64,000 nucleotides of DNA. Origin: Eledone cirrhosa (lineage: Eukaryota). The stretch spans positions 24,118,001-24,182,000 of the forward strand of contig OZ024753.1 of NCBI GenBank assembly GCA_964016885.1. The letters are read 5' to 3'. This document shows, in pieces, positions 1-13,800 of the stretch. The notes beneath the pieces are model-generated. The model saw nothing but the letters and a program-made list of their open reading frames with translations. It was not told the DNA's origin and searched no databases. A program made the position numbers and the translations under genes. How positions within the stretch are numbered: position 1 is the first letter of the stretch; the number at the start of each line of letters is the position of its first letter.

Positions 1-2329
1 ATGTCGTTATGTCTGTGTTGTATGTATTTTAATGTATATTGTTATGTCTGTGTTGTGTGCATTGTAATGTCTGTTGTTATGTTTGTGGTATGTTGTATGT
101 ACTGTAATGTATGTTGTTATGTCTGTGTTGTGTGTATTGTAATGTATGTTGTTATGTCTGTGTTGTGTGTATGTAATGTCTGTGGTTATGTAAGTGTTGT
201 GTTGTGTGCATTGTAATGTCTGTTGTTATGTCTAAATTGTGTTGTGTATATTGTAATGTCTGTTGTTACGTCTGTGTTGTGTTGTGTGTATTGTAATGTC
301 TACTGTTATATGGGTTGTGTTGTGTGTATTGTATTGTCTGGTGTTATGTCTCTGTTGTGTAGTGTGTATTGAAATGTCTGTTGTTATGTCTGAGTTGTGT
401 GTATTGTAATGTCTGTGGTTATGTAAGTGTTGTGTTGTGTACATTGTAATGTCTGTTGTTATATCTAAATTGTGTTGTGTATATTGTAATGTATGTTGTT
501 ATGTCTGTGTTGTGTGTATTGTAATGACTCTTGTTATGTCTGTGTTGTGTTTTATGTATTGTAATTTCTGTTGTCATGTCTGTGTTTTATGTATTGTAAT
601 GTCTGTTGTTATGTCTGTATTGTATGTATTGTAATGTGTGTTGTTATATCTGTGTTGTGTCTATTTTAATGTCTGTGTTGTGTGTATTGTAATGGCTCTT
701 GTTATGTCTGTGTTTTGTTGTATGTATTGCAATTTCTGTTGTCATGTCTATGTTGTTGTGTGTATTGTAATATATGTTGTTATGTCTGTGTTGTATGTAT
801 TGTAATGTATGTTGTTATATCTGTGTTGTGTCTATTTTAATGTCTGTTGTTATGTCTGTGTTGTGTTTTATGTAATGTAATATCTGTTGTTATGTCTGTG
901 TTGTGTTGTATGTAGTGTAATATATTTTCTAATGTCTGTGTTGTTTGTATTGTATTGACTGGTATTATGTCTGTGTTGTGTGCATTGTAACGTCTGTTGT
1001 TATGTGTGTGTTGTATATATGTTAATGTATATTGTTATGTCTCTGTTCTGTTGTGTGTATTGTAATGTCTGTTGTTATGTCTCTGTTGTTTAGTGTGTAT
1101 TGAAATGTCTGTTGTTATGCTGTGTTGTGTGTATTTTAATGTCTGCTCTTATGTCTGTGTTGTGTGTATTGTAATGTCTGTTGTTATGTCTGTGTTGTGT
1201 TGTGGTGCGTATTGTAATGTATGTTGTTATGTCTCTGTTGTGATGTGTGTATTGTAATGTTTTTTATTATGTCTGGGGTGTGTGTATTGTAATGTCTGTT
1301 GTTAGGTCTGTGTTGTGTTTTATTTTTTGTAAAGTATGTTGTTATGTCTGTGTTGTATGTATTGTAATGTCTGTTGTTATATTTGTGTTGGTTGTATCTA
1401 TTTTAATGTATGTTGTTATGTATGTGTTGTGTTGTATGTAATGTAATGTCTGTGTTGTGTTGTATGTAGTGTAATGTCTGCTGTTATGTCTGCGTTGTGC
1501 GTATTTTAATATCTGTTGTTATGTCTATACTGTATCCGCTTTAATGTCTGTGTTGTGTTGTATGTATTTTAATGTCTGTTGTTATGCTTGTGTTATGTTG
1601 TATGTACTGTAATGTCTGTTGTTATGTCTGTGTTGTGTGTATTGTGATGTCTTTTGTTATGTCTGTGTTTTGTTGTATGTATTGTAATGTCTGTTGTTAT
1701 GTCTGTGTTGTGTTGTGGTGCGTATTGTAATGTCTGTTGTTATGTCTCTGTTGTGATGTGTGTATTGTAATGTCTTTTGTTATGTCTGGGGTGTGTGTAT
1801 TGTAATGTCTGTTGTTATGTCTGTGTTGTATTTTGTTTTTTGTAATGTATGTTGTTATGTCTGTGTTGTATGTATTGTAATGTCTGTTGTTATGTTTGTG
1901 TTGTGTTGTATCTATTTTAATGTATGTTGTTATGTCTGTGTTGTGTTGTATGTAATGTAAAGACTGTGTTGTGTTGTATGTAGTGTAATGTCTGTTGTTA
2001 TATGGGTTGTGTTGTGTGTATTGTAATGTCTGTTGTTATATGGGTTGTGTTGTGTGTATTGTATTGTCTGGTGTTATGTCTCTGTTGTGTAGTGTGTATT
2101 GAAATGTCTGTTGTTATGTCTGTGTTGTGTGTATTGTAATGTCTGTGGTTATGTAAGTGTTGTGTTGTGTGCATTGTAATGTCTGTTGTTATGTCTAAAT
2201 TGTGTTGTGTATATTGTAATGTATGTTGTTATGTCTGTGTTGTGTGTATTGTAATGACTCTTCTTATGTCTGTGTTGTGTTTTATGTATTGTAATTTCTG
2301 TTGTCATGTCTGTGTTATGATGTGTGTAT

Positions 2330-5300
2330 TGTAATGTATGTTGTTATGTCTGTGTTGTGTGTATCGTAATGTATGTTGTAATGTATGTGTAGTGTTGTGA
2401 TTTTTGTAATGTATGTTGTTATCTCTGTGTTTTATGTATTGTAATGTCTGTTGTTATGTCTGTGTTGTATGTATTGTAATGTGTGTTGTTATATCTGTGT
2501 TGTGTCTATTTTAATGTCTGTGTTATGTGTATTGTAATGGCTCTTGTTATGTCTGTGTTTTGCTGTATGTATTGCAATTTCTGTTGTCATGTCTATGTTG
2601 TTATGTGTGTATTGTAATATATGTTGTTATGTCTGGGTTGTATGTAATGTAATGTCTGTTGTTATGTTTGTGATGTGTCGTATGTAGTGTAATGTCTCTT
2701 GTTATGTCTGTGTTGTGTGTATTGTAATGTCAGTTGTTATGTCTGTGTTGTGTTGTATGTACTGCAATGTCTGTTGTTATGTCTCTGTTGTGTTGTATGT
2801 AGTGTAATGTCTGTTGTTATGTCTGTGTTGTGTGTATTGTAATATTTGTTGTTATGAATGTATCGTGTGTATTGTAATGACGGTTGTTATGTTTGTGTTA
2901 TGTTGTGTGTATTGTAACGTCTGCTGTTATTTCTGCGTTGTGCGTATTTTAATGTCTGTTGTTATATCTGTGTTGTGTTGTGTGTATTGTATTGTCTGGT
3001 GTTATGTCTGTTTTATGTGTATTGTAATCTCTGTTGTTATGTCTGTGTTGTGTTGTGGTATGTATTGTAATGTCTGTTGTTATGTCTCTGTTGTGTAGTG
3101 TGTATTGAAATGTCTGTTGTTATGTCTGTGTTGTGTGTATTGTAATGTCTGTGTTATGTCTGTGTTTTGTTGTATGTATTGTAATGTCATTTGTTATGTC
3201 TGTGTTGTGTTGTGGTGTGTATTGTAATGTCTGTTGTTATGTCTCTGTTGAGTTGTGTGTGTTGAAATATCTGTTGTTATGTCTGTGTTGTGTGTATTGT
3301 AATGCCTCTTGTAATGTCTGTTTTGTGTTGTATGTATTGCAATTTCTGTTCTCATTTCTATGTTGTGATGTATGTATTGTAATGTCTTTTGTTATGTCTG
3401 GGGTGTGTGTATTGTAATGTCTGTTGTAATGTCTCTGTTGTGTAGTGTGTATTGAAATGTCTGTTGTTATGTCTGTGTTGTATGTATTGTAATGTCTGTT
3501 GTTATGTATGTGTTGTATGTATTGTAATGACTGTTGTTATGTCTATGTTGTGTTGTATGTAGTGTAATGTCTCTTGTTATGTCTGTGTTGTGTGTATTGT
3601 AATGTCAGTTGTTATGTCTGTGTTGTTTTGTATGTACGGTAATGTCTGTTGTTATGTCTCTGTTGTGTTGTATGTAGTGTAATGTCTGTTGTTATGTCTG
3701 TGTTTTTTCTATTATAATGTCTGTTTTTATGACTGTATCGTGTGTATTGTAATGACGGTTGTTATGTATCTGTTGTGTTGTGTGTGTTGAAATGCCTGTT
3801 GTTATGTCTTTGTTGTGTGTATTGTAATGGTTCTTGTTATGTCTGTGTTGTGTTGTATGTATTGCAATTTCTGTTGTCATGTCTATGTTGTGATGTGTGT
3901 GTTGTAATATCATTTGTTATGTCTGGGTTGTGTGTAGTGTAATGTCTGTTGTTATGTCTGTGTTGTGTTTTGTTTTTTGTAATGTATGTTATGTCTGTGT
4001 TGTATGTAATGTAATGTCTGTTGTTATGTCTGTGTTGTGTTGTATGTAGTGTAATGTCTCTTGTTATGTCTGTGCTGTGTGTATTGTAATGTCTGTTGTT
4101 ATGACTGTATCGTGTGTATTGTAATGACGGTTGTTATGTTTGTGTTGTGTTGTGTGTATTGTAATGTCTGCTGTTATGTCTGCGTTGTGCGTATTTTAAT
4201 GTCTGTTGTTATGTCTATGCTGTATCTGCTTTAATGTCTGTGTTGTGTTGTATGTATTTTAATGACTGTTGTTATGTTTGTGTTATGTTGTATGTACTGT
4301 AATGTCTGTTGTTATGTCTGTGTTGTGTGTATTGTAATGTCTGCTGTTATGTCTGTGTTGTGTGTATTGTAACGGCTGTTGTTATGTCTGTTCTGTGTTG
4401 TATGTATTGTAATTTCTGTTGTTATGTCTGTGTGGTGTTGTTTGTATTGTAATGTCTGTTGTTATGTCTGTGGTGTTTGTATTGTAATGTCTGTTGTTAT
4501 GTCTGTGTTGTGCGTATTTTAATGTCTGGTTTTATGTCTGTGTTGTGCTGTTTGTATTGTAATGTCTCTTTTTATGTCTCTGTTATGTTGTGTTTTTTGT
4601 TATGTATGTTGATATGTCTGTGTTTTATGAATTGTAATGTCTGTTGTTATGTCTGAGTTGTGTGTATTTTAATGTCTGTTTTATGTCTGTGGTGTTTGTA
4701 TTGTAATGTCTGTTGTTATGTCTGTGTTGTTTTGTGTGTAATTCAATTTATGTTATGTCTCTGTTGTGTTGTGTGTATTGAACTGTCCGTTGTTATGTCT
4801 GTGCTGTGTGTATTGTAATGTGTTGTTATGCCTGTGTTGTATGTGTGCATTGTAATGTCTGTTGTTATGTCTATGTTGTGTTGTGTGTATTGTAATGTCT
4901 GTTGTTATATCTGTGTTGTGTTGTGTGTATTGTAATGTCTGTTGTTATGTCTGTGTTGTGTTGTGGGTATTGTAATGTCTTTTGTTATGTCTGTGTTTTG
5001 TTGTATGTATTGTAATGTATGTTCTTATGTATGTGTTGTGTTGTGGTATGTATTGCAATATCTGTTGTTATGTCTCTGTTGTTTAGTGTGTATTGAAATG
5101 TCTGTTGTTATGCTGTATTGTGTGTATTTTAATGTCTGCTGTTATGTCTGTGTTGTGTGTATTGTAATGTCTGTTGGTATGTCTGTGTTTTGTTGTATGT
5201 ATTGTAATGTCTGTTGTTATGTCTGTCTTGTGTTGTGGTGCGTATTGTGATGTATGTTGTTATGTCTCTGTTGTGATGTGTGTATTGTAATGTTTTTTAT

Positions 5301-8300
5301 TATGTCTGGGGTGTGTGTATTGTAATGTCTGTTGTTATGTCTGTGTTGTGTTTTGTTTTTTGTAATGTATGCTGTTCTGTCTGTGTTGTATGTATTGTAA
5401 TGTCTGTTGTTATATTTGTGTTGTGTTGTATATATTTTAATGTATGTTGTTATGTCTGTGTTGTGTTGTATGTAATGTAATGTCTGTGTTGTGTTGTATG
5501 TAGTGTAATGTCTGCTGTTATGTCTGCGTTGTGCGTATTTTAATGTCTGTTGTTATGTCTATACTGTATCCGCTTTAATGTCTGTTGTGTTGTATGTATT
5601 TTAATGTCTGTTGTTATGCTTGTGTTATGTTGTATGTACTGTAATGCCTGTTGTTATGTCTGAGTTGTGTGTATTGTAATGTCTGCTGTTATGTCTGTGT
5701 TGTGTGTATTGTAATGTCTGTTGTTATGTCTGTGTTTTGTTGTATGTATTGTAATGTCTGTTGTTATGTCTGTGTTGTGTTGTGGTGCGTATTGTAATGT
5801 CTGTTGTTATGTCTGTGTTGTGTTGTATGTAATGTAATGTCTGTGTTGTGTTGTATGTAGTGTAATGTCTGTTGTTATGTCTGTGTTGTGTGTATTGTAA
5901 TGTCAGTTGTTATGTAAGCGTTGTGTGGTATGTACTGTAATGTCTGTTGTTATGTCTCTGTTGTGTTGTATGTAGAGTAATGTCTGTTGTTATGTCTGTG
6001 TTGTGTGTATTGTAATGTCTGTTTTTATGACTTTATCGTGTGTATTGTAATGACGGTTCTAATGTTTGTGTTGTATTGTGAGTATTGTAATGTCTGCTGT
6101 TACGTCTGCGTTGTGCGTATTTTAATGTCTGTTGTTATGTCTATGCTGTGCGTACTTTAATGTTTTTCGTTATGTCTGTGTTGTATGTATTTTAATGTAT
6201 ATTGTTATGTCTGTGTTGTGTGCATTGTAATGTCTGTTGTTATGTTTGTGGTATGTTGTATGTACTGTAATGTATGTTGTTATGTCTGTGTTGTGTGTAT
6301 TGTAATGTTTGTTGTTATGTCTGTGTTGTGTGTATTGTAATGTCTGTTGTTATGTCTGTGTTTTGTTGTATGTATTGTAATGTCTGTTGTTATGTCTGTG
6401 TTGTGTTGTGGTGCGTATTGTAATGTCTGTTGTTATGTCTGTGTTGTGTTGTATGTAATGTAATGTCTGTGTTGTGTTGTATGTAGTGTAATGTCTGTTG
6501 TTATGTCTGTGTTGTGTGTATTGTAATGTCAGTTGTTATGTAAGCGTTGTGTGGTATGTACTGTAATGTCTGTTGTTATGTCTCTGTTGTGTTGTATGTA
6601 GAGTAATGTCTGTTGTTATGTCTGTGTTGTGTGTATTGTAATGTCTGTTTTTATGACTTTATCGTGTGTATTGTAATGACGGTTGTTATGTTTGTGTTGT
6701 ATTGTGAGTATTGTAATGTCTGCTGTTACGTCTGCGTTGTGCGTATTTTAATGTCTGTTGTTATGTCTATGCTGTGCGTACTTTAATGTTTTTCGTTATG
6801 TCTGTGTTGTATGTATTTTAATGTATATTGTTATGTCTGTGTTGTGTGCATTGTAATGTCTGTTGTTATGTTTGTGGTATGTTGTATGTACTGTAATGTA
6901 TGTTGTTATGTCTGTGTTGTGTATATTGTAATGTTTGTTGTTATGTCTGTGTTGTGTGTATTGTAATGTCTGTGGTTATGTAAGTGTTGTGTTGTGTGCA
7001 TTGTAATGTCTGTTGTTATGTCTAAATTGTGTTGTGTATATTGTAATGTCTGTTGTTACGTCTGTGTTGTGTTGTGTGTATTGTAATGTCTGTTGTTATG
7101 TCTGTGTTGTGTGTATCGTAATGTATGTTGTAATGTCTGTGTAGTGTTGTGATTTTTGTAATGTATGTTGTTATGTCTGTTTTTATGTATTGTAATGTCT
7201 GTTGTTATGTCTGTGTTGTATGTATTGTAATGTGTGTTGTTATATCTGTGTTGTGTCTATTTTAATGTCTGTTGTTATGTCTGTGTTGTGTGTATTGTAA
7301 TGGCTCTTGTTATGTCTGTGTTTTGTTGTATGTATTGCAATTTCTGTTGTCATGTCTATGTTGTTATGTGTCTATTGTAATATATGTTTTTATGTCTGGG
7401 TTGTGTGTATTATAATGTCTGTTGTTATGTTTGTGTTGTGTTGTGTTGTATGTAGTGTAATGTCTCTTGTTATGTCTGTGTTGTGTGTATTGTAATGTCA
7501 TTTGTTATGTCTGTGTTGTGTTGTATGTACTGCAATGTCTGTTGTTATGTCTCTGTTGTGTTGTATGTAGTGTAATGTCTGTTGTTATGTCTGTGTTGTG
7601 TGTATTGTAATATCTGTTGTTATGACTGTATCGTGTGTATTGTAATGACGGTTGTTATGTTTGTGTTATGTTGTGTGTATTGTAATGTCTGCTGTTATGT
7701 CTGCGTTGTGCGTATTTTAATGTCTGTTGTTATATCTGTGTTGTGTTGTGTGTATTGTATTGTCTGGTGTTATGTCTGTGTTATGTGTATTGTATTGTCT
7801 GTTGTTATGTCTGTGTTGTGTTGTGGTATGTATTGTAATGTCTGTTGTTATGTCTCTGTTGTGTAGTTTGTATTGAAATGTCTGTTGTTATGTCTGTGTT
7901 GTTTGTATTGTAATGTCCGTGTTATGTCTGTGTTGTGTGTATTGTAATGTCTGTTGTTATGTCTGTGTTTTGTTGTATGTATTGTAATGTCTGTTTTTAT
8001 ATCTGGGTTGTGGTGTGTAATGTAATGTCTGTTGTTATGTCTCTGTTGAGTTGTGTGTGTTGAAATATATGTTGTTATGTATGTGTTGTGTGTATTGTAA
8101 TGGCTCTTGTAATGTCTGTTTTGTGTTGTATGTATTGCAATTTCTGTTCTCATTTCTATGTTGTGATGTATGTATCGTAATGTCTTTTGTTATGTCTGGG
8201 TTGTGTGTAGTGTAATGTCTGTTGTTATGTCTGTGTTTTTTCTATTATAATATCTGTTTTTATGACTGTATCGTGTGTATTGTAATGACGGTTGTTATGT

Positions 8301-10830
8301 ATCTGTTGTGTTGTGTGTGTTGAAATGCCTGTTGTTATGTCTTTGTTGTGTGTATTGTAATGGTTCTTGTTATGTCTGTGTTGTGTTGTATGTATTGCAA
8401 TTTCTGTTGTCATGTCTATGTTGTGATGTGTGTGTTGTAATATCATTTGTTATGTCAGGGTTGTGTGTAGTGTAATGTCTGTTGTTATGTGTGTGTTGTG
8501 TTTTGTTTTTTGTAATGTATGTTATGTCTGTGTTGTATGTAATGTAATGTCTGTTGTTATGTCTGTGTTGTGTTGTATGTAGTGTAATGTCTCTTGTTAT
8601 GTCTGTGCTGTGTGTATTGTAATGTCTGTTGTTATGACTGTATCATGTGTATTGTAACGACGGTTGTTATGTTTGTGTTGTGTTGTGTGTATTGTAATGT
8701 CTGCTGTTATGTCTGCGTTGTGCGTATTTTAATGTCTGTTGTTATGCCTATGCTGTATCTGCTTTAATGTCTGTGTTGTGTTGTATGTATTTTAATGACT
8801 GTTGTTATGTTTGTGTTATGTTGTATGTACTGTAATGTCTGTTGTTATGTCTGTGTTGTGTGTATTGTAATGTCTGCTGTTATGTCTGTGTTGTGTGTAT
8901 TGTAACGGCTGTTGTTATGTCTGTTCTGTGTTGTATGTATTGTAATTTCTGTTGTTATGTCTGTGTGGTGTTGTTTGTATTGTAATGTCTGTTGTTATGT
9001 CTGTGGTGTTTGTATTGTAATGTATGTTGTTATGTCTGTGTTGTGCGTATTTTAATGTCTGGTTTTATGTCTGTGTTGTGCTGTTTGTATTGTAATGTCT
9101 CTTTTTATGTCTCTGTTATGTTGTGTTTTTTTTATGTATGTTGATATGTCTGTGTTTTATGAATTGTAATGTTTGTTGTTATGTCTGTGTTGTGTGTATT
9201 TTAATGTCTGTTGTCATGTCTGTGTTGTGATGTATGTATTTTAATGTCTGTTTTATGTCTGTGGTGTTTGTATTGTAATGTCTGTTGTTATGTCTGTGTT
9301 GTTTTGTGTGTAATTTAATTTCTGTTATGTCTCTGTTGTGTTCTGTGTATTGAACTGTCCGTTGTTATGTCTGTGTTGTGTGTATTGTAATGGCTCTTGT
9401 AATGTCTGTTTTGTGTTGTATGTATTGCAATTTCTGTTCTCATTTCTATGTTGTGATGTATGTATCGTAATGTCTTTTGTTATGTCTGGGGTGTGTGTAT
9501 TGTAATGTCTGTTGTAAAGTCTCTGTTGTGTAGTGTGTATTGAAATGTCTGTTGTTATGTCTGTGTTGTATGTATTGTAATGTCTGTTGTTATGTCTGTG
9601 TTGTATGAATTGTAATGACTGTTGTTATGTCTATGTTGTGTTGTATGTAGTGTAATGTCTCTTGTTATGTATGTGTTGTGTGTATTGTAATCTCAGTTGT
9701 TATGTCTGTGTTGTGTTGTATGTACGGTAATGTCTGTTGTTATGTCTCCGTTGTGTTGTATGTAGTGTAATGTCTGTTGTTATGTCTGTGTTTTTTCTAT
9801 TGTAATGTCTGTTGTTATGTCTGTGTTGTGTTTTGTTTTTTGTAATGTATGTTATGTCTGTGTTGTATGTAATGTAATGTCTGTTGTTATGTCTGTGTTG
9901 CGTTGTGTGTAGTCTAATGTCTCTTGTTATGTCTGTGCTGTGTGTATTGTAATGTCAGTTGTTATGTCTGTGTTGTGTTGTATGTACTGCAGTGTCTGTT
10001 GTTATGTCTCTGTTGTGTTGTATGTAGTGTAATGTCTGTTGTTATGTATGTGTTGTGTGTATTGTAATGTCTGTTGTTATGACTGTATCGTGTGTATTGT
10101 AATGACGGTTGTTATGTTTGTGTTGTGTTGTGTTGTGTGTATTGTAATGTCTGCTGTTATGTCTGCGTTGTGCGTCTTTTAATGTCTGTTGTTATGTCTA
10201 TGCTGTATCTGCTTTAATGTCTGTGTTGTGTTGTATGTATTTTAATGACTGTTGTTATGTTTGTGTTATGTTGTATGTACTGTAATGTCTGTTGTTATGT
10301 ATGTGTTGTGTGTATTGTAATGTCTGCTGTTATGTCTGTGTTGTGTGTATTGTAACGGCTGTTGTTATGTCTGTTCTGTGTTGTATGTATTGTAATTTCT
10401 GTTGTTATGTCTGTGTGGTGTTGTTTGTATTGTAATGTCTGTTGTTATGTCTGTGGTGTTTGTATTGTAATGTCTGTTGTTATGTCTGTGTTGTGCGTAT
10501 TTTAATGTCTGGTTTTATGTCTGTGTTGTGCTGTTTGTATTGTAATGTCTCTTTTTATGTCTCTGTTATGTTGTGTTTTTTGTTATGTATGTTGATATGT
10601 CTGTGTTTTATGAATTGTAATGTCTGTTGTTATGTCTGTGTTGTGTGTATTTTAATGTCTGTTGTCATGTCTGTGTTGTGATGTGTGTATTTTAATGTCT
10701 GTTGTTATGCCTGTGGTGTTTGTATTGTAATGTCTGTTGTTATGTCTGTGTTGTTTTGTGTGTAATTTAATTTCTGTTATGTCTCTGTTGTGTTTTGTGT
10801 ATTGAACTGTCCGTTGTTATGTCTGTGTTG
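2330..10830. repeat. Mosaic 2-3-copy higher-order blocks (~2330-4810, ~7080-9380, ~9380-10830)
   Basis: Identical ORFs at 3692/8225 and 3742/8275 (+4533), and near-identical ORFs at 2814/7582 and 4459/10442. Markers TTTCTGTTCTCATTTCTATG (~3343, 8141, 9431), TATCTGCTTTAATG (~4223, 8756, 10206) and TGAACTGTCCGTTG (~4779, 9351, 10803) each occur three times. Confidence 0.85.
5687..6973. repeat. 626-bp tandem duplication within the satellite
   Basis: Private variants TAAGCGTTGTGTGG (5915/6541) and GAGTAATG (5975/6601) are offset by 626 bp. The copies differ at a few sites (GACGGTTCTAATG vs GACGGTTGTTATG). Confidence 0.9.
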
Positions 10831-13800
10831 TGTTGTGTGTATTGTAATGTCTGTTGTTGTATCTGTGTTGTGTTGTGTGTATTGTAAGTCTGTTGTTATA
10901 TTGTTGTGTTATGTGTATTGTATTGTCTGGTGTCATGTCTGTGTTGTGTGTATTGTAATGTCTGTTGTGTCTGTGTTGTGTTGTGGGTATTGTAATGTCT
11001 TTTGTTATGTCTGTGTTTTGTTGTATGTATTGTAATGTATGTTCTTATGTCTGTGTTGTGTTGTGGTATGTATTGCAATGTCTGTTGTTATGTCTCTGTT
11101 GTGTAGTGTGTATTGAAATGTCTGTTGTTATGTCTGTGTTGTGTGTATTGTAATGTCTGTTGTTATGTCTATGTTGTGTTGTGTATATTGTAATGTCTGT
11201 TGTTATGACTGTGTTGTGTGTATTGTAATGATTCTTATTATGTCTGTGTTGTGGTGTATGTATTGTAATATATGTTGTCATGTCTGTGTTGTGATGTGTG
11301 CATTGTAATGTCCATTGTTATGTCTGTGTTGTGTGTATTGTAATCACTGTTGTAATGTCTGTGTTGTGATGTGTTTTTTGTAATGTATGTTGTTATGTCT
11401 GTGTTTTATGTATTGTAATGTCTGTTGTTATGTCTGTTGTTATGTCTGTGATGTGTTGTGTGTATCGTAGTGTCTGTTGTTTTGTCTGTGTTGTGTTGTG
11501 TGTATTGTAATGGCTGTTGTTATATCTGTGTTGTGTTGAGTGTATTGTATTGTCTGGGGTTATGTATGTGTTGTGTGTATTGTAATGTCTGTTGTTATGT
11601 CTGTGTTGTGTTGTGTGTATTGTAATGTCAGTTGTCATGTCTGTGTTGTGATGTGTGTATTGTAATGTCTGTTATTATGTATGTGTTGTGTGCATTTTAA
11701 TGTCTGTTGTTATGTCTTTGTTGTGTGTATTGTAATGTCTATTGTTATGTCTGTGTTGTATGTATTGTGATGTCTGTTGTTATATATGTGTTGTGTCGTG
11801 TATTTTAATGTCTGTTGTTATGTATGTGTTGTGATGTATGTATTGTAATGTCTGTTGTTATGACTGTGTTGGGTTGTGTGTATTGTAATGTCTGCTGTGA
11901 TGTATGTGTTGTGTTGTGTGTATTGTAATGTGTGTTGTTATGTCTGTGTTGTGTGTATTGTAATGGCTCTTGTTATGTCTGTGTTGTGTTGTCTGTATTA
12001 CAATTTCTGTTGTCATGTCTTTGTTGTGAGGTGTATATTGTAATGTCTGTTGTTATGTCTGTGTTGTGTGTATGGTAATGTTAGTTGTTATGTCCGTGTT
12101 GTGTTGTATGTAGTGTAATGTCTGTTGTTATGTCTGTGTTGTGTGTATTGTAATGTCTGTTGTTATGATGTATCGTGTGTATTGTAATGACGGTTGTTAT
12201 GTTTGTGTTGTGTGTATTGTAATGTCTGTTGTTATGTCTCCGTTGTGCGTATTTTAATGCCTGTTGTTATGTCTATGATGTGTGTACTTTAATGTATGTG
12301 GTTATGTCTGTGCTGTTTTGTATGTATTTTAATGTATGTTGTATGTCTGTGTTGTGTTGAGTATTGTAATATCTGTTGTTATGTTTGTATTATGTTGTAT
12401 GTACTGTAATGTTGTTGTTATATCTGTGTTGTGTGTATTGTAATGTCTGTTGTTATATCTGTGTTGTGTGTATTGTAATGTATGTTGTTATGTCTGTGTT
12501 GTGTTGTGTGTATTGTAATGTCTGTTGTTATGTATGTGTTGTGTTGTGGGTATTGTAATGTATGTTGTTATGTCTGTGTTGTGTGTATTGTAATGTCTTT
12601 TGTTATGTCTGTGTTTTGTTGTATGTATTGTAATGTCTGTTGTTATGTCTGTGTTGTGTTCTGGTATGTATTGTAATGTATGTTGTTATGTCTCTGTTGT
12701 GTAGTGTGTATTGAAATGTCTGTTGTTATGTCTGTGGTGTGTGTATTGTAATGTCTGTGGTTATGTAAGTGTTGTGTTGTGTGCATTGTAATGTCTGTTG
12801 TTATGTATATGTTGTGTTATGTATATTGTAATGTCTGTTGTTATATCTGTGTTATGTGTATTTTAAGGCCTCCTGTTATGTCTGTGTTGTATGTATTGCA
12901 ATTTATGTTGTCATGTCTGTGTTGTGATGTGTGCATTGTAATGTCTGTTGTTATGTCTGTGTTTTATGTATTGTAATGTATGTTGTTATGTCTGTGTTGT
13001 ATATATTGTAATGTGTGTTGTTATATCTGTGTTGTGTGTATTGTAATGTCTGTTGTTATGTCTGGGTTGTGTGTATTGTAATGTCTGTGTTATGTCTGTG
13101 TTGTGTTGTATCTATTTTAATGTATGTTGTTATGTCTGTGTTGTGTTGTATGTAATGTAATGTCTGTTGTTATGTCTGTGTTGTGTGTATTGTAATGTCA
13201 GTTGTTATGTCTGTGTTGTGTTGTATGTACTGTAATGTCTCTTGTTATGTCTGTGTTGTGTGTATTGTAATGTCTGTTGTTATGAATGTATCGTGTATAT
13301 TGTAATGACGGTTGTTATGTTTATGTTGTGTTGTGTGTATTATAATGTCTGTTGTTATGTCTATGCTGTGTGTACTTTAATGTATATCTTTATGTCTTTG
13401 TTTTGTTGTATGTATTTTAATGTATATTGTTATGTCTGTGTTGTGTTGTGTGTATTGTAATGTATGTTGTTATGTCTGTGGTGTGTGTATTGTAATGTCT
13501 GTTGTTATGTCTTTGTTGTGTTGTGTGTATTGTTATTTCTGTTGTTATGTCTGTGTGGTGTTGTTTGTATTGTAATGTCTGTTGTTATGTCTGTGTTGTG
13601 TTGTGTGTATTGTAATTTCTGTTGTTATGTCTGTGTGGTGTTGTTTGTATTGTAATGTCTGTTGTTATGTCTGTGTTGTGTTGTGTATATTGTAATGTCT
13701 TTTGTTATGTCTGTGTTGTGTGTATTGTAACGGCTGTTGTTGTGTCTGTTCTGTGTTGTATGTATTGTAATTTCTGTTGTTATGTCTGTGTTGTGCTGTT

